A stretch of DNA of 64,000 nucleotides from Chthonomonadales bacterium (GCA_049967475.1 JBMFSQ010000001.1:54600-118599); one strand, 5' to 3'. Positions 36,744-49,178 are shown, numbered from the stretch's first letter. Notes: a model not told the origin generated them from the letters alone. Program-made: numbers and translations.

Positions 36744-37639
36744 GAGGCTTCCCCTCCAAGTGCGTCCCATGCCGCTGAGAATGCCGGCTGCCACCGTTCA
36801 ACGGCACGCTCGAAGTCCCCATCCTGGAAGCCCAGCCACCGCGCAACGTCGTCGTCGAGCAAGGGCGGTGTTCCACCCGCTTCGGATGGGACGCCGGCCT
36901 GCCAAACAAGCCAATCGGCTGCATGAACGATAGCGGCATCTGCCAGAACGTCCCTTGGGTCGTGGTGGTTTCCTATGCCTGCCTGCACCGCCACTGGAAG
37001 CTGCAAATGTTCGGCGAGCATGCGGCCCACACGCGCATGGTTCGTATTGAGGATGCGTTCCTCGGCAGCGAAAGAGCTGAGCGCCTCCCGGCGCGCATAC
37101 TCCCGGGCCGCGGCGTAAGGCATTTGGAAATTGTGGTCCAAAAAGCGTTTGCCGATATCATGGAGCAGGCCGGCGACGAAGGCAGTTTCTGCATCTCCTT
37201 GGTAGGCGTGGTGCATGGCGGCCAGGGTGGCGCATGCGGCTCCTGCGGCAACGGAGTGCTTCCAAAGCAGGGCCGTGTCCAGGCGGCTCGAACGAGAACT
37301 GGAAGACACGGCCGCATAGGCTGAGAGGGCTACGGCCATGGTTCGTACGCGTGTATAGCCCAGGAGGATCACGGCTTGGCGGATGGAAGTCACGTTGGCC
37401 GGGAGACCCACGGCGGCGGAGTTGACCATGCGTATGGTCTTCTCTGTGAGCGTTCGATCCAGGGCGAGGACGCGGCTCAGCTCTTCGGCAGAGCTTCTTG
37501 GATCATTGACGAGCGAGAGGATGCGGTGGAGGATCGCGGCGGAGGGCGAGCCGCTTCCGATTTGACGGTCTACTGCCCGGGCAAGGTCGGAATGGTCAAT
37601 ATTCAGGCTGAATGCGCGATGAATAGGTTGCCGGCGCAC
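36740..37639 (-). CDS. HDOD domain protein
   Basis: DRTLTEKTIRMVNSA, SIRQAVILLG, LWKHS, AGLLHDIGK, HARVG. Confidence 0.9.
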   Translation of the reverse strand: MRRQPIHRAFSLNIDHSDLARAVDRQIGSGSPSAAILHRILSLVNDPRSSAEELSRVLALDRTLTEKTIRMVNSAAVGLPANVTSIRQAVILLGYTRVRTMAVALSAYAAVSSSSRSSRLDTALLWKHSVAAGAACATLAAMHHAYQGDAETAFVAGLLHDIGKRFLDHNFQMPYAAAREYARREALSSFAAEERILNTNHARVGRMLAEHLQLPVAVQAGIGNHHDPRDVLADAAIVHAADWLVWQAGVPSEAGGTPPLLDDDVARWLGFQDGDFERAVERWQPAFSAAWDALGGEAS

Positions 37640-37737
37640 GGGGTGTTCTCATGCGGTTAGGGCCGTGGATCAGGATACTGCCGTCTCTACGAATATCGGC
37701 ACGTGAGGCGTTTCGATGGAGGGTCGGAAAGACGAAA

Positions 37738-37769
37738 GCGCCGAACCCGGAGTATTCCGGGTTCGGCGC
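37738..37769 (-). terminator. Rho-independent terminator of groESL
   Basis: Perfect 14-bp stem GCGCCGAACCCGGA/TCCGGGTTCGGCGC followed by TTTCGTCTTT on the minus strand. Confidence 0.85.
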
Positions 37770-37798
37770 GGATCGTTGCGTAAGCCGGGGTAGGCGGA

Positions 37799-39818
<2,020 letters not shown>

Positions 39819-39875
39819 TCCAGCTCCTCCCTTATCGAGTGATATTGTGCCCGGACCTTCGGGCTCAAACTGGCG

Positions 39876-39902
39876 TTAGCACTCTAGCTCTTAGAGTGCT
39901 AA
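39876..39902. promoter_or_regulatory. CIRCE element (HrcA operator)
   Basis: Perfect TTAGCACTC-N9-GAGTGCTAA upstream of groES. Confidence 0.97.
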
Positions 39903-39911
39903 CCTGACTAA

Positions 39912-39941
39912 AGTATACACGATACGATCCATAGAAGGCAA
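39912..39941 (-). promoter_or_regulatory. groESL promoter
   Basis: Minus strand TTGCCT-N18-TATACT immediately upstream of CIRCE. Confidence 0.65.
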
Positions 39942-40021
39942 GGGGCGAGCAATATCCTGGGTTCATTGCCCGGGAACAGAAGGCGGATCGGGTTCCTTGC
40001 CGAGCCCGATCCGCCGGACCG

Positions 40022-41068
40022 TCAGTAACCGTGCCCTTCAGTAGGAGGCGCCACCTTGCCCCGGAAGGAACGGAAAAGATAGGTGAAGTAGCCGATCGCC
40101 AGGACGATTGCGATGGACCACCAGGCCAGGCCAACCCTTAGTCCCAGGGCACCCGCCGAGGCGTTGTAGATGGTGAGTGTGTACGCCGGATCCATCCGGG
40201 AGATGAGGATGTTGGGATAGAAACCCGCGGCTGTAGCTGCAAGCAGGCCGCCAATGAAAGCACACGACCCCAGGAAGGCCGGAAGCTCGGCGCCCCTGGC
40301 CGTGCCCAGAAACACGGTAACCAGTCCTGCCAAGAACATCAGAACCAGCAGGAGCGTCCACGGACGTGCCATCAGGTTCGAGTAGATCTCCGGTCGCACC
40401 GCCGAAGTGGCCGCCGTAGCAATCACGCCGATGACAACGACTGCAGACCACAAGGGCACAATGAGCCTGCGCGCCCGGTCATGCACTACCCCGTCTGTCT
40501 TCCAGGTGAGATAGAGAGCTCCATGAGCCGCCAGCACGACCAGGGTGAAAACGCCTACGATCACCGTGTACCAATCCAGAACACCCGGAGTAGGTCCCAG
40601 CTTGAAGTCCGTAAAGAGCGGTCCGCTGAAGTATCCTTCGTTGTTGAGGCCCACTCCGCGGATAACATTGCCGAGGGCGGCTCCCAAGAAGATCGCCGTG
40701 AGGGTCGAGGCGAAGGCGAACACCCCGTCCCAGAAGCTTCTCCATAGCGGGTGGGGTTGGTGCGATCGCAACTCGATGGAAAGTCCCCTCAGGATGAGCA
40801 ACCACAGTACGATCATGAGCGGCAGGTAAAAACCGCTGAAGCCGGCCGCGTACGCTTTGGGAAAGGCGAACACGAGGATGCCGCCGGACGACAGGAGCCA
40901 CACTTCGTTACCGTCCCAAACCGGGCCGATTGCGGCCAGGACCGACCGGCGCTCGGTGTCCTTCTTGGCCACGAACAGGTGCAGGATGCCGGCCCCGAAA
41001 TCGAAGCCGTCGAGCACCACGTACACCGCGAGCATCAATGAAAGGATGGTGAACCAAACGGTCTGCAT
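40022..41068 (-). CDS. cydB: Cytochrome bd ubiquinol oxidase subunit II
   Basis: LDGFDFGAG, IGPVWDGNEVWL, YFTYLFRSFRGKV. Confidence 0.96.
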   Translation of the reverse strand: MQTVWFTILSLMLAVYVVLDGFDFGAGILHLFVAKKDTERRSVLAAIGPVWDGNEVWLLSSGGILVFAFPKAYAAGFSGFYLPLMIVLWLLILRGLSIELRSHQPHPLWRSFWDGVFAFASTLTAIFLGAALGNVIRGVGLNNEGYFSGPLFTDFKLGPTPGVLDWYTVIVGVFTLVVLAAHGALYLTWKTDGVVHDRARRLIVPLWSAVVVIGVIATAATSAVRPEIYSNLMARPWTLLLVLMFLAGLVTVFLGTARGAELPAFLGSCAFIGGLLAATAAGFYPNILISRMDPAYTLTIYNASAGALGLRVGLAWWSIAIVLAIGYFTYLFRSFRGKVAPPTEGHGY

Positions 41069-41077
41069 CGGATCCTC

Positions 41078-42433
41078 CTATGCTGCAGCGGCTTCCGCAG
41101 CCGCCTGGGCCGGCGTGGCGGGCTCGGGGCCGCGGGAGATCTCACGCATCACCAGGTAAAGAAACAGGAGGCCCACCACCATGTAGAGGCCGAGAAACCC
41201 CAGGGTGGTGAAGGCAACGTCTCCGCCGCTCACCAGCGGGGATGTGCCATGAACCGTGCGCTGAAGGCCGTAAACGAGCCATGGCTGCCGGCCGAGTTCG
41301 GCCGTCATCCATCCGGCCGTGGTGGCGATGTAGGGGAAGGGAAAGGCGAGCATGAGGACCCAAAGCATCGCCCGCGAGGTAAACAGTGTGCCCCGCCACA
41401 GCAGATACGCGGCTACCGCCATGATCGCGATGAAGATGGTCCCCAGCCCTACCATGATGTGATAGGCGTAATAGAGAAGCTCCACATTGTCCGGCCATTG
41501 ATCCGATGGTATGTCGTTGAGCCCCTGGACTTCTGCTCCGAAGGAACCGTATGCCAGGAAGCTGAGGATGCCAGGCACGTAGATGGGGTTCTCCAGGGCT
41601 CGGGCGCGAACATCCGGCTGCCCGATGATGACCAGTTCGGCGTGATCCGACGTGTTGAATTTGCCTTCCATGGCCGCCAGGGCGGGTTTCTGATAACGGG
41701 CCACCATCTTGCCGTGCTGGTCGCCTGTGGGGAAGAGCTGCACGAGGCTTGCAATGAGGCCCACCGTTATTCCCAGGCGCAAGAAGAGCCGCGCGTAATC
41801 GGTATGGAGGTTCGTCAGCGTCCAGAATGCTCCTACGGCGGTTACTACAAAGCTGCCGGTAATTACCGCGGCGCACATATTGTGGGCGTACTGCCAGAGG
41901 GCCCATGGATTGAGAACAAAGCGCCAGAAATCCGCCAGCAACAGCACACCCCCGGGACCGACGGTGTACCCGACGGGATGCTGCATGAACGCGTTCGTGG
42001 CGATGATAAAGTAACCCGAGAGCCAGGAACCCAGGAACACCATAATCGCAGCAATCAAGTGGCCTTTGGGTCCTAGGCGCTTCTCGCCGAACAGAAACAG
42101 CCCGAGGAAGGCAGATTCGGCGAAGAAGGCGAACATACCCTCCATAGCGAGCGTGAGGCCGATTACGCCTCCTGCGAAATTAGAGAAGCGGCCCCAGTTT
42201 GTGCCGAACTGAAACTCCATGGGGATGCCGGTAACCACCCCTACCGCGAAGTTGATGCCGAAGATGCGCGCCCAAAAGCGGGCGCTGTCGTTGTAGAGGG
42301 CGTTGCCGGTGCGTAGCGCCTGCACCTTGAGGATCAAAATCAGCAGCGCCAGCCCCATGGTGAGCTGGGGAAAGAGGTAGTGGTACGTCACGGTGAGGGC
42401 AAACTGAAAACGGCTCCACGCCAGCGCATCCAT
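41078..42433 (-). CDS. cydA: Cytochrome bd ubiquinol oxidase subunit I
   Basis: SRFQFA..YHYLFP, GVVTGIPMEFQFGTNW, KPALAAMEG, GWMTAELGRQPW. Confidence 0.97.
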   Translation of the reverse strand: MDALAWSRFQFALTVTYHYLFPQLTMGLALLILILKVQALRTGNALYNDSARFWARIFGINFAVGVVTGIPMEFQFGTNWGRFSNFAGGVIGLTLAMEGMFAFFAESAFLGLFLFGEKRLGPKGHLIAAIMVFLGSWLSGYFIIATNAFMQHPVGYTVGPGGVLLLADFWRFVLNPWALWQYAHNMCAAVITGSFVVTAVGAFWTLTNLHTDYARLFLRLGITVGLIASLVQLFPTGDQHGKMVARYQKPALAAMEGKFNTSDHAELVIIGQPDVRARALENPIYVPGILSFLAYGSFGAEVQGLNDIPSDQWPDNVELLYYAYHIMVGLGTIFIAIMAVAAYLLWRGTLFTSRAMLWVLMLAFPFPYIATTAGWMTAELGRQPWLVYGLQRTVHGTSPLVSGGDVAFTTLGFLGLYMVVGLLFLYLVMREISRGPEPATPAQAAAEAAAA

Positions 42434-42567
42434 CAGGAGACCTCCTTTCTAGGCTGGAAGCGGCCGCGTCACTCGGTATTCAAAGATCCGTGTCGCTATA
42501 AGTATACCTTCTGTAAGAACGTGTGCTTTAGGGTGAGGAGCTGCAGGCTGGGGGCGATGGTGGGAAA

Positions 42568-42597
42568 TTGCCTTACCGTGGGCCGCTATGCTACAAT
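42568..42597 (+). promoter_or_regulatory. Putative promoter of the lpdA operon
   Basis: TTGCCT-N18-TACAAT with extended -10 TG. Confidence 0.5.
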
Positions 42598-42794
42598 GCC
42601 TCAGCCGGCGCAGGCGGGCTGCCTGTTTGCCTCCAGCCCGACACTGTGAACGGGAGCCTGCATTGAATAATCGCCCTAAAGCGTGCTCTGGCGTGGTGGT
42701 TGATCCTCCCGTGCGTGTTTCGCATCGCATGGGAAGCGTTTTGCTGCCGGAGAGTTCCTTAGAGGTGGCTATCGAGGAGGAGGTTCTTTCGCTG

Positions 42795-44210
42795 ATGTCC
42801 CCTTCCGTACAATATGATGCTGATGTGGTAGTAATCGGTTCAGGTCCGGGTGGATATGTGGCGGCCATTCGGGCAGCCCAGCTCGGCGGGCGTGTAGTGT
42901 GCGTGGAGAAGGATCCCAAAGGGTGGGGGGGCGTTTGTTTGAACTGGGGGTGCATCCCCACCAAAACGATGATCGCCAGTGTCCAGCGGTACGTGGAGGC
43001 GAAGGAGGCGGCGAAACTCGGGGTCTTGGCCTCAGACGTCCGATACGATTTCGGCAAGATCATGGAACGCAAGGACCGGGTGGTGGCAACGCTTCGGGGC
43101 GGCGTGGAGACACTCCTCAAGTCCAACGGGGTGCGCAAAGTCGTGGGCGTGGCGCGCCTCGCCGGCCCGCACACCGTTGAAGTGGAGACCCCTGACGGCA
43201 AAGAGACGATTAGCGCAGCGAATGTTATCGTAGCTACCGGTTCTGCGCCCATCATGCCGCCTATCCCTGGGTTGGAGGGGCCCGGCATCTGGACGAGCAA
43301 CGAAGCAGTGAGCTGCACAGCCGTGCCCAAATCCATGGTTCTAATCGGCGCCGGAGCCATCGGTCTTGAGTTTGCCTACGTCTTCAACGGGCTGGGAACC
43401 CAGTGCACTGTGGTGGAGATGATGCCCGAAGTGCTTCCCTTGGTGGACGCTGAGGTGGCGGCAGAGCTGCGCAAATGCTTGGGGCGGCAAGGCATCAAGT
43501 TCCACCTGGAGAGCAAAGTTACAGCCGTGGAGCGCACATCCGGCGGGCTGGCAGTTACCGTTGAGGGGGCCAAAGGGCAAGCCAAAGTGGAGTGCGAAGT
43601 GGTTCTGGTGGGTGTAGGGAGGCGCGCGGTTTTGGCAGATTTGGGTTTGGAAGCGGCAGGCGTGCGGTTGGAGCGCACCTACATCCCCGTAGACGAGCAC
43701 ATGCGTACAAACGTGCCCTCCATCTTTGCCATAGGCGACGTTACGGGGAAGATGCAGCTTGCCCACGTCGCTTCGCACCAGGGCATCGTGGCTGCGGAAA
43801 ATGCGCTGGGACATGCCAGCCGCATGGATTACCGGGCGGTTCCGAGCCCGGTTTTTACCGAGCCGGAACTTGCTACCGTAGGCCTCTCTGAGCAGCAGGC
43901 ACGGGAAGCCGGATACGATGTCATGATAGGCAAGTTCCCCTTCCGTCCCTTGGGCAAGTCTCTAGCGATGGGCCAGCAGGACGGGATGGTGAAGGTGGTG
44001 TCTGAGCGCAAGTACGGGGAACTCCTGGGCGTTCACATTGTCGGGCCGCATGCCTCGGACCTGATCCATGAAGCAGTGGCGGCCATTCAGCTCGAAGCTA
44101 CAGTAGATGAGCTCATGACGCTGATCCATGCGCATCCCACGTTGGCCGAAGCCATCTTGGAGGCATCCCTCGACGTGAAGGGAGAGGCCATTCACAAGCC
44201 GAAGTCCTAG
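42795..44210 (+). CDS. lpdA: Dihydrolipoamide dehydrogenase
   Basis: GSGPGGYVAAIRAAQ, GGVCLNWGCIPTK, GAGAIGLE, HAHPTLAE; GAGGAGG RBS. Confidence 0.96.
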   Translation: MSPSVQYDADVVVIGSGPGGYVAAIRAAQLGGRVVCVEKDPKGWGGVCLNWGCIPTKTMIASVQRYVEAKEAAKLGVLASDVRYDFGKIMERKDRVVATLRGGVETLLKSNGVRKVVGVARLAGPHTVEVETPDGKETISAANVIVATGSAPIMPPIPGLEGPGIWTSNEAVSCTAVPKSMVLIGAGAIGLEFAYVFNGLGTQCTVVEMMPEVLPLVDAEVAAELRKCLGRQGIKFHLESKVTAVERTSGGLAVTVEGAKGQAKVECEVVLVGVGRRAVLADLGLEAAGVRLERTYIPVDEHMRTNVPSIFAIGDVTGKMQLAHVASHQGIVAAENALGHASRMDYRAVPSPVFTEPELATVGLSEQQAREAGYDVMIGKFPFRPLGKSLAMGQQDGMVKVVSERKYGELLGVHIVGPHASDLIHEAVAAIQLEATVDELMTLIHAHPTLAEAILEASLDVKGEAIHKPKS

Positions 44211-44231
44211 CAACACAGGAGGCTCTGTGCC

Positions 44232-45275
44232 ATGCGCGCCGAAACTCGTGTCGTAGTTTGTGCCGCGCTTCTTCTTCTAGGAGGGTGTGCCCACAAGACC
44301 CCGGAGGTGCCGGGGATGCGCTCGGGCACTGCTGCAATGAAGGTAGGCGAGGTTACCGACGCAGGCGGGATTGATGACAAATCGTTCAATGCGCTCGCGT
44401 GGGAGGGGCTGAAGCGGGCGCAATCCGAGCTTGGGGTGGAAGCCAAGTACCTTGAGAGCCGCGAGATCGGAGATTACAAAACGAACCTGTCTACCCTCGC
44501 GGATCAGGGGAGCACGCTGGTATTTGCCGTCGGATACATGATGGAAGATGCCCTCAAGGAGATCGCGCCAAGCTATCCGAATACGAAATTCGCCATCATA
44601 GATGGTAGCGCCCCAAACGCTCCGAACTGCGTGTCGCTCAAATTCCGTGAGGAGGAGGGCTCATTCCTGGCGGGCTATTTGGCAGGCAGGATGACGAAGA
44701 CCGGCACCATCGGCTTTGTGGGAGGCATCGAAGGTCCCCTCATCAAAAAGTTCGAGGTCGGCTACTACGCCGGGGCCCGCACGGCACGTCCGGATATACA
44801 CGTGCTTATAAAGTATGTAGGAAGCTGGACGGACGTGCCCAAGGGCAAAGAACTGGCGATCCTGGAGTTTCAGCAGGGCGCAGACATTGTTTTTGCAGCG
44901 GCAGGCAAGAGCGGTTTGGGGGTGCTCGACGCAGCCAACGACCGTGGTTCCGGCTATTATGCCATCGGCGTGGATGCCGACCAGGATTACATCCATCCAG
45001 GGCGCATCCTCACCAGCATGATGAAGGGCGTGGACGTGGCCGTATACCAAACCGTAAAGGACCTCAAGGAGGGTAAGTGGCAGCCCGGCGAGCATGTGTT
45101 TGGAGTGAAGGAAGGCGGTGTGCACCTTTCGCCTATGACGTACACGCGCAAGGATGTTCCACCGGATATATTGGCCAAACTGGATGAGATCACCAAGATG
45201 ATCTCGGACGGCCGGATACACGTTCCTTCTACGGATGCAGGCTTGGAGAACTTCCAGGTGCCGAGGCTGCAATAG
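44232..45275 (+). CDS. BMP family ABC-transporter substrate-binding lipoprotein
   Basis: Lipobox LGGC, GGIDDKSFN, EGSFLAG, AIGVDADQ, LTSMMKGVD. Confidence 0.92.
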   Translation: MRAETRVVVCAALLLLGGCAHKTPEVPGMRSGTAAMKVGEVTDAGGIDDKSFNALAWEGLKRAQSELGVEAKYLESREIGDYKTNLSTLADQGSTLVFAVGYMMEDALKEIAPSYPNTKFAIIDGSAPNAPNCVSLKFREEEGSFLAGYLAGRMTKTGTIGFVGGIEGPLIKKFEVGYYAGARTARPDIHVLIKYVGSWTDVPKGKELAILEFQQGADIVFAAAGKSGLGVLDAANDRGSGYYAIGVDADQDYIHPGRILTSMMKGVDVAVYQTVKDLKEGKWQPGEHVFGVKEGGVHLSPMTYTRKDVPPDILAKLDEITKMISDGRIHVPSTDAGLENFQVPRLQ

Positions 45276-45280
45276 GTTCC

Positions 45281-46267
45281 ATGGAGGCACGGATGCCATT
45301 TCAGGTGGCTGCAGTTCAGATTGCCCCGAAGAAGGCCGATTATGCCTGCAACCTCATGCGCCTAGGTGAAGTCTTCGCCCAGGCTGATGCAATGTCGCCC
45401 CGGCCCGATGTGTTGGTTCTCCCTGAAGCGGTTCTTTCGGGCTACTTTCTGGAGGGCGGCGTTCGGGATGTTGCTCAGACACGAGAGGTCGTGTTCGCGG
45501 ATCTTTTGGACCAGTACCGCAAGAATGCAGCATCGGGGCTACCCATGGATGTGGCATTGGGCTTCTACGAACTGTATCGAGGCACCTACCACAATGCGGC
45601 CCTCTACGCCACCCTCACGCCCGGTAACGGATGCAGCGTCGAGGCCCGTGCACACCATGTACACCACAAGTTCTTTCTGCCCACCTACGGCGTTTTCGAT
45701 GAGAAGCGCTTCGTGTCACGCGGGAGAACCATTCAGTCCTTTGACACCCGTTTCTGCCGGGCAGCGATGTTGATTTGTGAAGACGTGTGGCATTCTGTGG
45801 CGGCTACCCTCGCCGCGCTGGATGGGGCCCAGGTGATTTACGTATTGAGCGCATCTCCCGGGCGCGACTTCGCCGGCGAAGATCTGGGGAACCTGGCTCG
45901 GTGGAAGCGCATCCTGCCCGAGATTGCGGCCGAGCACAATGTTTGGGTGGTCTACAGCGGATTGGTAGGTTTTGAAGGCGGCAAGGGCTTCACAGGATCT
46001 TCGTGTGTCATAGACCCTTGGGGCAAAGTGCGCGTTATGGGTTCCGTGCTCAACGAAGAGTTGGTCACCGCCCCCATAGATCTGGAGGAGATTGCCGTGG
46101 CACGGGCAGCGTCTCCCATGCTGGCGAACCTAGAATCGGCTCTCCCCGATGTGGCGATTGCGATGGACGCCTTGGCCAAGCGCCCACACTGGATCTGGAC
46201 GGACACGGTTCCCCGATCTTCGGATGCCGGCGGCGCCCCGCAATCCGGCGGGACGGAGGATCTATGA
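45281..46267 (+). CDS. Nitrilase-fold protein; probable stand-alone glutaminase subunit of NAD synthetase
   Basis: Catalytic triad E (LPE), K (HKFFLPTYGVFDEKRF), C (ICEDVW); ATGA-coupled to nadE. Confidence 0.88.
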   Translation: MEARMPFQVAAVQIAPKKADYACNLMRLGEVFAQADAMSPRPDVLVLPEAVLSGYFLEGGVRDVAQTREVVFADLLDQYRKNAASGLPMDVALGFYELYRGTYHNAALYATLTPGNGCSVEARAHHVHHKFFLPTYGVFDEKRFVSRGRTIQSFDTRFCRAAMLICEDVWHSVAATLAALDGAQVIYVLSASPGRDFAGEDLGNLARWKRILPEIAAEHNVWVVYSGLVGFEGGKGFTGSSCVIDPWGKVRVMGSVLNEELVTAPIDLEEIAVARAASPMLANLESALPDVAIAMDALAKRPHWIWTDTVPRSSDAGGAPQSGGTEDL

Positions 46268-47127
46268 TGCACCTGAAGGTGGTTGCTGCTCCGCCGCCCG
46301 ACCCGGCGAGCGACGAGAACCTTGCCATCAACGCTCCGCTTCTCGAGGAGTGGCTGGTGGCATTCTTGCGGGATGAGATTGTGCGGCGGCGCGGCTTCCA
46401 ACGCGCTGTGGTAGGCCTCTCCGGAGGTGTGGACTCTTCGCTCACTGCGTTCCTTTGTGCAAAAGCCCTAGGACCCGCGAATGTTTACGGCATCCGCATG
46501 CCCTATCGTACCAGCAGTAAGGAGAGCCTGGAACATGCCCAGCTTGTGGCGGATCTTCTGGGCATCCAATGCCGCACGATCGAGATTACGGACGCAGTAG
46601 ACGGCTATCTTCAGTTTGAACCCGATGCGGACGGGCGGCGGCGCGGCAACGTGATGGCGCGAATGCGCATGATCGTCCTGTTCGATCAATCGGCGGCCCT
46701 CCATGCGCTTCCTGTGGGGACCGGCAACAAAACAGAGCGCCTGTTCGGATATTTCACCTGGCACGCAGATGACTCACCGCCGGTGAACCCGTTGGGAGAC
46801 CTCTACAAGACGCAGGTGTGGATGCTCGCACGCCACATGGGGGTTCCGGACGTCATCGTGAGCAAGCCTGCCTCGGCCGACTTGATTGTGGGGCAGACCG
46901 ATGAGGGCGACTTCGGCATTTCCTATGTGCGGGCGGATCGCATCCTTTACTATCTTCTGAAGGGGTACTCGCCGCAGCACATCGTCAACATGGGATTTCC
47001 CGCGGAGGACGTAGCCCTCGTCCATCAAAAAGTCGCGACGACCCATTGGAAGCGCCACTTGCCTACAACAGCGATGCTCTCTACTACGTCCATCAACGAC
47101 TACTACCTGCGGCCGGTAGACTACTGA
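46264..47127 (+). CDS. nadE: NAD+ synthetase, synthetase subunit
   Basis: GLSGGVDS, GNVMARMRM, GTGNKTE, GDLYKTQV, KPASADL..GQTDE. Confidence 0.95.
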   Translation: MMHLKVVAAPPPDPASDENLAINAPLLEEWLVAFLRDEIVRRRGFQRAVVGLSGGVDSSLTAFLCAKALGPANVYGIRMPYRTSSKESLEHAQLVADLLGIQCRTIEITDAVDGYLQFEPDADGRRRGNVMARMRMIVLFDQSAALHALPVGTGNKTERLFGYFTWHADDSPPVNPLGDLYKTQVWMLARHMGVPDVIVSKPASADLIVGQTDEGDFGISYVRADRILYYLLKGYSPQHIVNMGFPAEDVALVHQKVATTHWKRHLPTTAMLSTTSINDYYLRPVDY

Positions 47128-47217
47128 GGTTCCAGCACAGCAGGATTACGCAAGGATAACGTTGAATAAAACGCCTGCACAAAGGGCAGCCGCGCCAGCC
47201 CTGTGCGGAGACAGATC

Positions 47218-48357
47218 ATGAACGCCCTCAGAACCGCCACGGCTGGGGCTCGGATGCTGTTCAACCATCCGGACCTCGTGCGGTGGTATCTGCGCAACAA
47301 GCTCCGCGTGAGAGGTCTGCCGCGAGAGCAGCGGCAAGGCGACGGTTCCAGCCGTTATCCTCTGGGCATCACCTTCAAGCCTACGCTGAGTTGCAATCTG
47401 CGGTGCCGAATGTGCGCCTTCGTGGCGAGCGGCGCCGTCTTTACCAATCCCAAGGATAGCCTTCCGCTGGAGGTTTGGAAGGCCGTGGTGGACGATGTGG
47501 CCCCTTGGCGGCCCTACATCTGGTTCACGGGAGGAGAGCCTACGCTGTACCCGCATTTTGTGCCCCTGGTTCGCGCGATCAAGGAAAAGGGGCTCATGAC
47601 CGGGGTAACCACCAACGGCACCACCCTCAAACACAAGGCTGCCGAGATCATGGAAGCGCCCATGGATTTGATGGTCGTGTCCATTGACGGCAAAGGAAGC
47701 ATCCACAATACTGTTCGGGGACACGAGCGCGCCTATGACCGCACCATCGAAGGCGTCCTAGAGATCCAAGAGCTCAAGAAACGCTTGGGCAGCCGCAAGC
47801 CGGCGCTGATCGTGAATTGCGCCATGACGCCGGATAACTACGAACACATTGGGGACCTGGTGGAAGTGGCCGAGATGCTCGGCGCAGACGCGCTCAATTT
47901 CCAGCATCTGTGGCAGCTTACCAACAAAATGGTGGAGGCTCATAACGCTAAATGGGGCGAGTTCCACCGCGTATCCTACGATGACTGCGGGGGCATGGAG
48001 CCCAAGCCTGTGGATGTGGAGCAGGTAATCCGTGTAGTGCGTGAAGTGAAGCAGATGGATTGCCGGGTGCCCGTGCTCTTCCACCCGGAAATCTCGGACG
48101 ATGAGATCCGCACGTATTATAACGAGCCCGAGACCTTCGTGCGGAGAAGCCCCGCAGCCTGTGCATGGCTCAATACCGATATCCTGCCTAATGGAGACGT
48201 GTCTCCCTGCTTCGACATGATTTGCGGGAATATCACCCAGGAACCCTTCTCGCGCATCTGGAACAACTTCGCGTTCCGTGAACATCGCAAGCGCTTGAGC
48301 GTAGAAGGGGATTTCCCCATTTGCGCGCGGTGCTGTGCCTATTGGCGGCGCGATTAG
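47218..48357 (+). CDS. Radical SAM protein with SPASM/twitch domain
   Basis: CNLRCRMC, FTGGEPTL, TTNGT, VSIDG; C..ILPNGDVSPC..GNI..IWN..CARCC. Confidence 0.9.
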   Translation: MNALRTATAGARMLFNHPDLVRWYLRNKLRVRGLPREQRQGDGSSRYPLGITFKPTLSCNLRCRMCAFVASGAVFTNPKDSLPLEVWKAVVDDVAPWRPYIWFTGGEPTLYPHFVPLVRAIKEKGLMTGVTTNGTTLKHKAAEIMEAPMDLMVVSIDGKGSIHNTVRGHERAYDRTIEGVLEIQELKKRLGSRKPALIVNCAMTPDNYEHIGDLVEVAEMLGADALNFQHLWQLTNKMVEAHNAKWGEFHRVSYDDCGGMEPKPVDVEQVIRVVREVKQMDCRVPVLFHPEISDDEIRTYYNEPETFVRRSPAACAWLNTDILPNGDVSPCFDMICGNITQEPFSRIWNNFAFREHRKRLSVEGDFPICARCCAYWRRD

Positions 48358-48383
48358 CGGATGGGGAGGCAAGAGGCGGCGGT

Positions 48384-49178
48384 ATGGCTCCTGCAGGCGA
48401 GAGCGCTTCGCCCATAGATGCCGTCATATTGGCCGGAGGCAGAGCCCAAGAGGATATGGCCCATCTTACCGGCACCCGTGTCCGCGCCCTCTTTCCGTTC
48501 CGCGGCCGCGCCTTCGCACAGTGGGCGTACGAAGCGCTCCGGGCAGTTCCAAGCGTGGGGCGCATCGCCATCGTAGGACCCGTTGAGGATCTCAAGCGCC
48601 TTCCAGATCTAAGCTCCGCAGACCTGCTGGTTCCGGAGCGGGACAGCATGGAGGCCAATCTCTTTGCAGCCGTCGCCGCGCTTCTGCCTCAGGGACGCCT
48701 ATTGGCTACGGCGTGCGACAATCCTCTGCTGAGTGCAGAGGCGTATTGTGACTTTTTGGCGCGGTGTCCCATGGAAGCCGCTCTTTGTTACCCGATTATG
48801 GAGTACAAAGTCTTCCTCGCGGAATTCCCCGGCGCCGCCAATATCCCGGTGCGCTTGCGCGACGGCGTTTTCATAGGGGGCGACTGCGTGCTGTTTCACA
48901 GTGCGGCCATCCCCAAGCTCCAGCGTGCGATCTGCGAGGTAGCAGCAGCGCGCAAGAGCCTTCACCGCATGGTGGGTCTGCTCGGATGGCGTTTCGCGCT
49001 CCGGTTCGCGATGAGGCTTGCAACGAGTTATGAGGTGGAGGCGCGGGCAAGCCAGATCGCGGGGGTAACCGTGCGGTTCGTACGTGAATGCCATCCGGCC
49101 TTCGCAATAGACATTGATGACCCCACCGATTGGAACTATCTCATGCGCTGGGATGCTCTGAGAAGATCCTCAGACTAG
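48384..49178 (+). CDS. MobA-like NTP transferase family protein
   Basis: DAVILAGG, ATACDNPLL, AIDIDDPTDW. Confidence 0.78.
   Translation: MAPAGESASPIDAVILAGGRAQEDMAHLTGTRVRALFPFRGRAFAQWAYEALRAVPSVGRIAIVGPVEDLKRLPDLSSADLLVPERDSMEANLFAAVAALLPQGRLLATACDNPLLSAEAYCDFLARCPMEAALCYPIMEYKVFLAEFPGAANIPVRLRDGVFIGGDCVLFHSAAIPKLQRAICEVAAARKSLHRMVGLLGWRFALRFAMRLATSYEVEARASQIAGVTVRFVRECHPAFAIDIDDPTDWNYLMRWDALRRSSD

Noticed and set aside
42600..42794. Long lpdA leader with small hairpins as a riboswitch
   Set aside because: No riboswitch consensus recognised; would need an Rfam scan.
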